A stretch of DNA of 30,931 nucleotides from the IMG/VR virus record IMGVR_UViG_3300042341_000071, positions 1 through 30,931 of that record; one strand, 5' to 3'. Position 1 is the first letter of the stretch; the number at the start of each line of letters is the position of its first letter. Shown one piece after another: positions 23,235-30,931 of the stretch. A program made the translations under genes and the position numbers. Under the pieces are notes generated by a model, which saw only the letters and a list, made by a program, of their open reading frames with translations, was not told the origin of the DNA and did not search any database. Origin of the DNA: a virus (taxonomy: Duplodnaviria; Caudoviricetes).

Positions 23235-24298
23235 ACTTGACGTCCTAAAGTTGTTTGGAATGCTTGTACGGCTGTGTAAAAGTTAGCTGCTTCGGTATCT
23301 GTTAAGCCGTCACCTATTGAGGCAAAAGCGTAATTTCTTTGTGTATAGTATTGGGCTGTTCCAGTAACATTTAACGCTCCTAAAAACATATTTAAATCGC
23401 CTCTTGCTCCATTTGCCCCTGTATAAGTGCTTCCTAATTGAGTATTATTTTTAAATAATTTTAAAACACTTGCACTTGTCCTTGTACCAACATAAAACCC
23501 AGTTGAATTTGTGTTTGCCGTTAATACTCCAGTTCCACCATGAATTAAAGTTGAAGCATTTCCAGAAAATGAAACGTTTAATATTGTTAATGCAGAAGCA
23601 TTTAAAATACCAAAATCTCCAAATCCGCCTGAATTATTTGTTCTTGAATACAATGATAAATGCATTGAATTATTTGTACTAAATGCTGTATTTGGATTTA
23701 ATCCTGTATTTGCATACCCATTAACACCACCTGTGTAACCATTAGAATTCCATGTTCCTCCACCACTAAATGATAATTGATATTGAGCTGTGTTTTTAAG
23801 GTTGTAAGAATTACTACTTGAAGACGAACCTACAAATGGATACAAAGCTTTCATCTTTGTCCAAATAGAATACCCTTTCAAGTCAACTACCAAAGTATTA
23901 ATAGCCGCTTGTTGTGTTGGGTTTGTTATTGCAGCCGCTGTAATGAATGCTTGTGCATCTGGGTCAACCGCTGCTGTTGGTGTAATGGTGTTTGATGTTG
24001 CACTTGCACTACCTGACCCATTAGTTGCTGTAACTTGACAAGTTATTGATTGGCTCACATCAGCAGTGACAAGCGTATAAGTTGAATTTGTAGCACTACC
24101 AATGTTTGAGCCGTTACGCTTCCACTGATATGCAAAGGTTATAGTAGGTGTTCCTGTCCATGTACCTGTTGAACAAGTTACTGTCTGACCTTCCTGTGCT
24201 GTTCCTGTTATAGCAGGAGCAACAGTGTTGACAGGAGAAACCCCTCCACTTACTTCCCAAGCTGTGCGTAAAAAAACGCTGTTACCATAGCCAATCAT
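23231..24298 (-). CDS. Virion fibre/adhesin: Ig-like domain plus ConA/LamG-like beta-sandwich (355 aa)
   Basis: 'PVNTVAPAITGT...CSTGTWTGTP...YQWKRNG...ITCQVTATN' Ig-like unit, then 'DPDAQAFITAA...AFASIGDGLTDTEA'. Confidence 0.7.
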   Translation of the reverse strand: MIGYGNSVFLRTAWEVSGGVSPVNTVAPAITGTAQEGQTVTCSTGTWTGTPTITFAYQWKRNGSNIGSATNSTYTLVTADVSQSITCQVTATNGSGSASATSNTITPTAAVDPDAQAFITAAAITNPTQQAAINTLVVDLKGYSIWTKMKALYPFVGSSSSSNSYNLKNTAQYQLSFSGGGTWNSNGYTGGVNGYANTGLNPNTAFSTNNSMHLSLYSRTNNSGGFGDFGILNASALTILNVSFSGNASTLIHGGTGVLTANTNSTGFYVGTRTSASVLKLFKNNTQLGSTYTGANGARGDLNMFLGALNVTGTAQYYTQRNYAFASIGDGLTDTEAANFYTAVQAFQTTLGRQV

Positions 24299-24567
24299 TA
24301 TGCAAGTATTAGCAATGCACTTCCAGATGTTAACTTAACTCCACTGAATTGTTGAGCCGCTGTAGCTCTGATGATAGTACCTGCTTTCACAGCTGTTGCC
24401 GGTGCAGCAATATAAGTTGACTTAACATCTACACCTGCTATCTTGATAAGATTGAATACAGTATCCTCAAGTACTACAATAGCATTGACATTTACAGTTT
24501 TCTCTGTTGTATTGTTAAGTACAAAAGTTCCTTTCTTAGCTATTAAGATTTCATTATCTGTTGCCAT
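24298..24567 (-). CDS. Small beta-rich virion protein (89 aa)
   Basis: ORF tiling in the fibre cluster; ends in 'VKLTSGSAL'. Confidence 0.7.
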   Translation of the reverse strand: MATDNEILIAKKGTFVLNNTTEKTVNVNAIVVLEDTVFNLIKIAGVDVKSTYIAAPATAVKAGTIIRATAAQQFSGVKLTSGSALLILA

Positions 24568-24569
24568 TT

Positions 24570-25229
24570 TTAATATGTTTTATTTAAAGTGAATATTTCC
24601 GAGTATATAGAGTCGCCAGTGTTGGTCTGACCCCACTGAGCTGTGATTGATAATGTGTTGCTTATGGTTGTATCAAAACCTGTTGTTATCTCATTACTAA
24701 AGTTAGTGCCCTCAAAGTTAGTAGAGGCATTCTTTGTGTACATGAAAGTACCTCCAGTTGCTATTGATGCAACACCTGATGCACCCAATGTTCTTACAGT
24801 AAAGTACACTTCTAACTTCCAATGTCTGCCTGTAGCTCCTGCCATTGTGATTGATCCTGTTGTTGCCAATACAACACTTCCAGCCTTTATCCTTATAGTC
24901 AAGTTATGGTTGTTTACTGATGAGATATATCCTGTGAGTATAGCATGAAAGCTATCACCTACATTGAAACCATCAGCAGGGATACTTAAACTACCTAAGC
25001 CGCCATCAAGGAGGGAGGTCTCAGTAGTTGTGTTACTAACAGGTGTGCTTGATGCTGTCTGAGTGTACAAGTTATTCAATGATGCAGCAGCTCTCATCAA
25101 CTCAAGGCCTGTGATAGAGTATGTGTTGTATCCAAAGCCACTCAAAACACTTACCTCAAGTAAATCTGTAGGATCAAGGTCTGACCCCTTGGGAGTCATC
25201 TGAGATATTTTCTGTCTATTGATAGCCAT
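24570..25229 (-). CDS. Virion fibre/spike-like protein (219 aa)
   Basis: N-terminal 'KISQM...TDLL' attachment-type motif, then a T/G/S-rich beta domain. Confidence 0.65.
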   Translation of the reverse strand: MAINRQKISQMTPKGSDLDPTDLLEVSVLSGFGYNTYSITGLELMRAAASLNNLYTQTASSTPVSNTTTETSLLDGGLGSLSIPADGFNVGDSFHAILTGYISSVNNHNLTIRIKAGSVVLATTGSITMAGATGRHWKLEVYFTVRTLGASGVASIATGGTFMYTKNASTNFEGTNFSNEITTGFDTTISNTLSITAQWGQTNTGDSIYSEIFTLNKTY

Positions 25230-25261
25230 ACCTATATTGTATTACTCAGGTAAATTTGTTA
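25227..25261 (-). promoter_or_regulatory. Putative late promoter copy 5: TAACA-N15-TACAATATAGGT-ATG
   Basis: Exact 15-mer at 25227..25241 that fills the whole intergenic gap. Confidence 0.8.
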
Positions 25262-25694
25262 TAATAGGGACTTGACAATCTGTCCAATTACTCATGTCAA
25301 CATCTAAGGTCATGACCCACCCTGCTGCATAGTCTAACACTTGATTATTCAATGGCACTATGGCAGGTTGTCCTAATACATCAAAGCTATAATCATCACT
25401 AAAAGTAAAATAGTTTACTAAGTCAACCAATATCTGATGGCAGTCTGAGAGTATTACAGTGATATTAGCTCTATCCTTTTGTATGATGTCCAAGCATGTG
25501 ATCTCTAAGCTCACTGTGTTAGTGTTCTCAGTTGCTATGGCTGTGATAGGTGCTATAAACACAAGAGGATATTTCTCATCCTTTGTCGCAAAGTTAGGTA
25601 ACTGCTCCACAAAATCGCTGCCTACTTTTTTTACTTGTAGATGTGCGTTATAGAATGCCTCTATCTTGTTGATTAATGCTTGATAACTTGTCAT
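25242..25694 (-). CDS. Putative tail terminator/completion protein (150 aa)
   Basis: 'KYPLVFI', 'ILSDCHQILVDL', 'AAGW' pattern; size and context fit. Confidence 0.6.
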   Translation of the reverse strand: MTSYQALINKIEAFYNAHLQVKKVGSDFVEQLPNFATKDEKYPLVFIAPITAIATENTNTVSLEITCLDIIQKDRANITVILSDCHQILVDLVNYFTFSDDYSFDVLGQPAIVPLNNQVLDYAAGWVMTLDVDMSNWTDCQVPIITNLPE

Positions 25695-28261
25695 AGTTCT
25701 GCGTTCTTTTGTATCTTATTAATTTTGTTCTGTGTATCAGTCATCTCAGTCTCACTCACTATAGCATTGACTGTGATAGTCTGACCTCCTCCCTCTTGGT
25801 TCGGGTTGCCTACATTATTGAGTTGGTTGCCTTGACCAAATAGACTAACTGATGGAGTAGCCATTGTAGTTGATGAACCAGTAGCAGATGTAAAGCTATT
25901 AGTGTCTGCAGTTGGAGCATTACCTCCACCCTCAAAGGATGTACTTGCTATTGTTGCTAAACTTGTAGCTGTTGATATCACTGAGCCAGCTATTGCAGCT
26001 GCCATAGCAAAACCTCCATCAAACTTAGGATACTGAGCAAGGATTGATACAATGGCTTGAGCTCCATTAATAACAGCCATTGCCAACTGCATTTTTTTCT
26101 GTTGCTCAAATTGTTGCTTAAGTATTTTCTCCTCTTCCTTACTTCCTTGCTGTACTCCTTTAAGTTTCTTTTTTGTGTTGATATCTTGTATTGATGCAAT
26201 AGCCCCTGCTGCTGTTGTAGCAAGTTGGAATCCAGCCTCAATATTTGCATTAAGTTTCTCTCTTGCAGCTTGATCTATCTCAACCAACTTAGCAGCTGTT
26301 GCCTCTTCTGCCACTTCCTTAGCCTGTCTAAATTTCTCTTCAATGGCTGCCTTCTCTTCCTCTGATAGGTTAAGTGCTGCAAGCTCAGTTTCTTTTTGAG
26401 TCTTTAATGTATCTAATGTAGTTTTAAGAAATGCCTCATTTGCTGCAATCTCTTCCTCCTTAGTACCTTTAAATCTTTCAAGTTCAAAGGCTTCCTTAGA
26501 TAATTTAGTCTCTGCTGTAAGTTGTGCAGCTGCTAAAATCTTTTGTTGATTCTCAATCTTTTTAGCTGTGATTTGGTCATCAATTTCTTTTAACTTTTTA
26601 GCAGTCTCATCCTCAAGCAATCCTCTCTCCTCTGAGCCTACCTCAAGTGAGTCCATCTTTATCTTTGCCTCTGCTTCAAGTAGTTCCTTTTGTGCCTCAA
26701 ATTTAGCAATGTCATCCTGAGCATTGAGTTCTTTTCTTTTTAGCCTTGCAATCAATTCTTCATTTTCTGCTTTCTCTATATCCGCAGCATTTTTATCTCT
26801 TGCTTTCTTAAGGTCATTATCAATTTTTGCAAGAGCTGCTTTTTGATCAACTTCCTTTTTATAGATTTTAGCAAGATTATCAAACAAATATTTTCTCTCA
26901 GCTTCAAGTTGTGTTATGCGTAATTCTCTAAGTTCTTGCTCTGACTTACCTGCATTCTCTGCCTCTTGCAAAGCTACCTCATTTTTTTTGCGTAGGTCAG
27001 CAAGTGCCTCAGAATATTTATTCTTTACCTCTTTATTAGTAGTACTTACACTTGTTGTGGTAGCCTTAGCTGCTGCTGCATTTCCTTTGTTAGTTATCTC
27101 TAACTCCTGTCTTTTAAAGTCCTGAATAATCAAGTTCTTTAACTGCTGAGCCTTAGCAAGTGCAGTGCTATCACCTAACTGTTGAGCCTCTTTAATCTGC
27201 TGCTCTACCTTAGCAAGTGCCTCCTTTTGTTGGATGTCAAGCATTGCCTTAGCACGCTCAGACTCTCCTTTGATTTGCTTGGCCTGTAGTAACTCAATCT
27301 GCTTATCTAAGCTGACATTGAGATTCCTTATAGCGTTAATCTTGTTTATCTCATTCTGCACTTGTTGATTAGCGAGGTCTGCTTGAGTTTTAGTCAAGTC
27401 AGCTAATCTCTTCTTATCCTCTTCTGTAAGTTCCTTCTTTAAGTTTAATGAGTCAATCTCAGCTTGATTAATAGCCATGTCCCCCTCTATCTGTTCCCTC
27501 TTAAGGTCAAATATACTTTGACTTGTGTCTATCTGGATTCCTAACTTTTCCTCAATAGCAGCTATCTCCTCATCACTTAAGTCCTTAGTAAGGTTATATA
27601 GTTCCTGCCTTGCTTGACTTTCTGCCTTGAGGCTTTCTCTATTTTTCTCACTTGCCTCTTTAACTGCCTCAGCATTTTCCTCTGCTGCATTATCAGTTAA
27701 ACCCATCCAATCAGTCAAGTCCTTAAAGCCTTGTATCACTGCATTGATAGGGATCATGATTGCCTCTAAGATAGCATCAAGTACACCAATCTTTTTTAAG
27801 AAAAAACCAATGGCCACAACAATAGCAGTAATCACTGCCACTAATAAAAAAATAGGATTCATTAAGATGGTTGCTCCAAGTTTTACGAATGCTCCGCCAA
27901 CAGTTGTGATCATGCTTGTAAATGACTTGAAGCCCTTTGTCAAATCAGCAGGATTCAGGTTGCCTAAATTCTTAGCGAATACTGATGCCTTCTCACTCGC
28001 TCCCTCAAAGTCCAAAGATGCAAGGTCACTTCCTATCTGACCAAATGATGTACTTACCGCTTCAAACTTTGAGCCAGTGGTAAAGACTGCAATCTGTTCA
28101 TTGGCATCCTTAAGCCTATCCTTTAGCTCCCCTGCCCTTTGAGCCAAGGCAGTCATGACCGCTGGGTCTGTGGCATCAGCTATCTGTCCTTTGAGTTCTC
28201 TAAGCTCAGCCTTGATTGCACCAATGCCGGTTATCTTTAATGGTATTTCAACTTCATTCAT
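25691..28261 (-). CDS. Tape measure protein (856 aa)
   Basis: Long A/E/K/Q helical protein with hydrophobic segments near both ends ('NPIFLLVAVITAIVVAIGFF'). Confidence 0.9.
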   Translation of the reverse strand: MNEVEIPLKITGIGAIKAELRELKGQIADATDPAVMTALAQRAGELKDRLKDANEQIAVFTTGSKFEAVSTSFGQIGSDLASLDFEGASEKASVFAKNLGNLNPADLTKGFKSFTSMITTVGGAFVKLGATILMNPIFLLVAVITAIVVAIGFFLKKIGVLDAILEAIMIPINAVIQGFKDLTDWMGLTDNAAEENAEAVKEASEKNRESLKAESQARQELYNLTKDLSDEEIAAIEEKLGIQIDTSQSIFDLKREQIEGDMAINQAEIDSLNLKKELTEEDKKRLADLTKTQADLANQQVQNEINKINAIRNLNVSLDKQIELLQAKQIKGESERAKAMLDIQQKEALAKVEQQIKEAQQLGDSTALAKAQQLKNLIIQDFKRQELEITNKGNAAAAKATTTSVSTTNKEVKNKYSEALADLRKKNEVALQEAENAGKSEQELRELRITQLEAERKYLFDNLAKIYKKEVDQKAALAKIDNDLKKARDKNAADIEKAENEELIARLKRKELNAQDDIAKFEAQKELLEAEAKIKMDSLEVGSEERGLLEDETAKKLKEIDDQITAKKIENQQKILAAAQLTAETKLSKEAFELERFKGTKEEEIAANEAFLKTTLDTLKTQKETELAALNLSEEEKAAIEEKFRQAKEVAEEATAAKLVEIDQAAREKLNANIEAGFQLATTAAGAIASIQDINTKKKLKGVQQGSKEEEKILKQQFEQQKKMQLAMAVINGAQAIVSILAQYPKFDGGFAMAAAIAGSVISTATSLATIASTSFEGGGNAPTADTNSFTSATGSSTTMATPSVSLFGQGNQLNNVGNPNQEGGGQTITVNAIVSETEMTDTQNKINKIQKNAEL

Positions 28262-28262
28262 A

Positions 28263-30931
28263 TTAGTAAACTCTTATTTCTATTGCTGTATTAACAAGCA
28301 TGTTATTTGATATTGTATAATTATCGTATGTGTATAATCTAATGGAGTCATCATTATACCTTCTTATGTCTAATGTAGCAAAGTCACCACCTCCAGCATT
28401 AATATCTGCTGACCCTCCTACTACCCAAGTCTTATCAGCTAAGAAGGCACCCGTTAATAATATCTCATATGTGCCTACTCCAATATAGTTAAAGGTAATA
28501 TCTCCTATGGTATTCTCAAATACAGTTGCTGTAGGTGCGGATACACCTGTCTGACTAATCAAAGCTATGTATCTCTTATACCCTACAACAGGAGCTCCAT
28601 TGATACTCTCAGTCACAGTCAAGTTAGGTACTACCATTCCATCCTTCTCAAGTATCTGTCCATCTCCAATCACTACTCCCTTAACACCCGGACTCACAGC
28701 ATTTCCCTTACCAAAGATTAGAACATCTGAGCCGGGTACTACTACATTATTAACTTGAGCACTCTGCTTGAATACCTCCGCATTACCAATTGCCACAATA
28801 GTATCTCCAATAGGCTTGCCGCCTGCAGTCTTATAAGGTGCTAAGTCAATCTCAGTATCAATACTTATCAACTCTACCTTTGTGAGGCTGTTGTTGTTAG
28901 CATTGTAATCTTGAATCTTGTTTATATTCCACCATGAATTGTCAATGTAAATCTTATCATTGAGCTTGAGAGCTTGGATATCAACCTCACTCAAGTCAAA
29001 GAATGCTATCAACATCTTACCTACGTTTATCTGATTAACAGTCCTCCTCCAATATAAGTTATACAGATTGTTAGCCGTCAGAGTTGCTACCTCATAAAAG
29101 TAGTAATCATTCGTGCCAAAGTTAATATCAAATGTAGGATACAATGGATTATTGAAATGACCAATCATAGGATAGTCAGTCAAGCCTATCTCACCTGTTG
29201 TGCCAAAATCTATGATGTCAAAAGGTTGGCAAGTACCTAAGCCTCCATCATATAAGATACGGATGTTAGTGTTAGGTGCAGCTCCATTGATTGCAGGAAC
29301 ATAAGCTCCAAATAATGTCTTATACACAGGGGTAGGTGAGAATAGTAGCTCCTTAGTATCTACATCCTTAACATATTCATTGTCAAAGGTATATTCTATC
29401 TGCCCATAAATTTCTCCTGTAGCTTGTGTGTAAAGTACATTAGACTGATCCTCATCCGGTGCATAGGTGAGCTTAAGTTTTTTCTTAGTTACATCTGGAA
29501 GGAACATTAAGTCCTGAGCCTTATCCTTAGCTAACTTCTGACTCCAATCTTTCTCAGCTCCTGAGTCGTAATACTCATCTCGATGTCTTAGGATAAGGTT
29601 GTATGGATTGTCAATATCTTGCTCAACATATAAGTTGTACATCTGAAATATTGACTTAACAAAATCAGATTGCTTAATCTCAACAGGTACATAAGAGTTC
29701 ATGATTAGAGTACCTCCTGTAGTCTGCACGTTTTGACTTGGCAATATCACCATGTTGATAGATACTAAGTCAAGCACAACATTGACATCTACAGCTGTAA
29801 AACCTCCACCTGCTGCAATCCAAATATTAGCTCCATTACTGTTAGCACTACCATAGGTCTGAGTTACCTCAACTCCTATAGATAATATCTGTATGTCATT
29901 AGGGTCTATTGCTAAGTTGAAAGGGTCATTTGTTAATGCAGGAATGCTAAGAGATTCAGCAAAGGTCAACACAGTAGTGTTGCCTGTTGGTAATGGTGAT
30001 GCTGCAGGATAGTAAGCTACTCCACTTGTTGTGCCATACACCTTGACGTTGCCAAGCCCTGCCACATATACCTGAGCAAATACCCTATATTTATTTTTAA
30101 CTATGTATCCTCCTGCTACATACTCAAGGACTGCATTACCTCCACTATTATTGTCAAGGATGATACTGCCTCCAATCTGTAGCTCATATGTATAGTTCTC
30201 ACCTGCAAGAGCATTAGTGCTAAATGGTGAACTGTACTCCCCTGTTAAAGGGTCATATAAATTCTGAGTGTCAATCACCTCTGTCCATCCAGAGTCAATA
30301 TCCTCTTGGAAGGTATAGTTCACTCCTGTGCCCTGTACATAACTTGTTGTCCATGTGTTAGTGGCTTCCACTCTGTAGTCAGCATAATCAAAGTTATTAA
30401 CATCCCCATTGTAAGGTATTAACAATTTATCAAAGTGAGCATCTGTTAATCCTGCCCATGTGTAAGTGAATCCAGCGTTACTGAATATCCTATCAAAGTA
30501 AGTCTGAGCATAGATAGCAGGTTTGAACTCATTAGCTTGATAGACATTAGTACCTGTGCAATATGGCATCACGTACTTATATCCATCTGTTACAGTGTTG
30601 CTGAATGTAGCTGCTATGTCAGTTGCTGAGAATGTATGATCTAAGTCTGAGAAATCTAAGTCATCAAGATTAGCATTAGTGATAGCACTAAAAAACTCAG
30701 CTCTGCTATCCTTAATCAATACAGTATAGTTAACCTCCTCCTCATAAGCATTAGTGTACTGAGACTTATTAACACTTACCAACTGCAATAATGCGTCATC
30801 TAAGATAGGCACTCCATTCTGTATCACTTGACATCGAGTCAACGTGTTGATGTTAAATGTTCCTGCCTGAATATTTACATCATAGTAATTCCCAAGCAAC
30901 TCATGATTGTTCTTAGTTCCCTCAAGGACAA
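28263..30931 (-). CDS. Large tail tip/minor tail protein, 3' part (full gene starts at 329 across the junction; 930 aa)
   Basis: Open frame to the window end; 'KQSDFVKSIFQMYNL', 'DWSQKL', 'LYNLYW', 'LNDKIYID..WW.INKI.DY'. Confidence 0.85.
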   Translation of the reverse strand, partial: VLEGTKNNHELLGNYYDVNIQAGTFNINTLTRCQVIQNGVPILDDALLQLVSVNKSQYTNAYEEEVNYTVLIKDSRAEFFSAITNANLDDLDFSDLDHTFSATDIAATFSNTVTDGYKYVMPYCTGTNVYQANEFKPAIYAQTYFDRIFSNAGFTYTWAGLTDAHFDKLLIPYNGDVNNFDYADYRVEATNTWTTSYVQGTGVNYTFQEDIDSGWTEVIDTQNLYDPLTGEYSSPFSTNALAGENYTYELQIGGSIILDNNSGGNAVLEYVAGGYIVKNKYRVFAQVYVAGLGNVKVYGTTSGVAYYPAASPLPTGNTTVLTFAESLSIPALTNDPFNLAIDPNDIQILSIGVEVTQTYGSANSNGANIWIAAGGGFTAVDVNVVLDLVSINMVILPSQNVQTTGGTLIMNSYVPVEIKQSDFVKSIFQMYNLYVEQDIDNPYNLILRHRDEYYDSGAEKDWSQKLAKDKAQDLMFLPDVTKKKLKLTYAPDEDQSNVLYTQATGEIYGQIEYTFDNEYVKDVDTKELLFSPTPVYKTLFGAYVPAINGAAPNTNIRILYDGGLGTCQPFDIIDFGTTGEIGLTDYPMIGHFNNPLYPTFDINFGTNDYYFYEVATLTANNLYNLYWRRTVNQINVGKMLIAFFDLSEVDIQALKLNDKIYIDNSWWNINKIQDYNANNNSLTKVELISIDTEIDLAPYKTAGGKPIGDTIVAIGNAEVFKQSAQVNNVVVPGSDVLIFGKGNAVSPGVKGVVIGDGQILEKDGMVVPNLTVTESINGAPVVGYKRYIALISQTGVSAPTATVFENTIGDITFNYIGVGTYEILLTGAFLADKTWVVGGSADINAGGGDFATLDIRRYNDDSIRLYTYDNYTISNNMLVNTAIEIRVY
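30727..30931 (+). repeat. Terminal direct repeat, right copy
   Basis: Matches 1..205 at 204 of 205 positions. Confidence 0.97.

Larger units (their letters stand above)
1..30931. mobile_element. Complete circular(ly permuted) tailed phage genome, probable Bacteroidota siphovirus
   Basis: Terminase, portal, protease, capsid, tail tube, tape measure, lysis and replication genes are all present. The ends overlap by 205 bp and an ORF reads in frame across the junction. Confidence 0.93.

Noticed and set aside
27627-28040. Antisense ORFs in the track (also 1226, 3894, 6068, 15466, 15954, 24643, 26916 and others)
   Set aside because: They are shadows of well-supported minus-strand genes and lack promoters or motifs.
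1-30931. CRISPR array, tRNA genes, DGR/reverse transcriptase, stop-codon recoding
   Set aside because: I saw no repeat-spacer array, cloverleaf or RT motifs. Genes tile tightly under the standard code with TAA, TAG and TGA all used as stops.

Overview
This window is an apparently complete circular genome (unit length 30,726 bp; 205-bp terminal overlap with one synonymous mismatch) of a tailed dsDNA phage, most likely a siphovirus of a Bacteroidota (Flavobacteriia-like) host. The host call rests on TTTG-N19-TAnnTTTG promoters, a DUF3127 SSB-like gene and a BT4734/VirE-N-type primase-helicase. Nearly all genes are on the minus strand. The early/replication arm (15017 down to 4918) has many tiny ORFs, HNH, DnaA-C-like HTH, primase-helicase, CoiA-like and VRR-NUC nucleases, ERF recombinase, YqaJ exonuclease and SSB. 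It is followed by an ECF-sigma-like gene, terS/terL and an unusually ordered virion module: tail tip, tape measure, fibres, an inverted paralog pair, protease-scaffold, capsid, tail tube, portal, adaptor, lysis. I saw no integrase, tRNA or CRISPR. The most striking signal is a 5-copy bipartite motif, TAA(c)a-N14-15-TACAATATAGGY-ATG, fused directly to late-gene start codons; it suggests a phage-sigma-driven, leaderless late regulon. Other highlights are an attenuator/pseudoknot-like leader on the primase gene, a two-module origin-like region with IHF-consensus sites, and a Fur-box-like palindrome at the early promoter. All product calls come from reading the sequences by eye, not from database searches.
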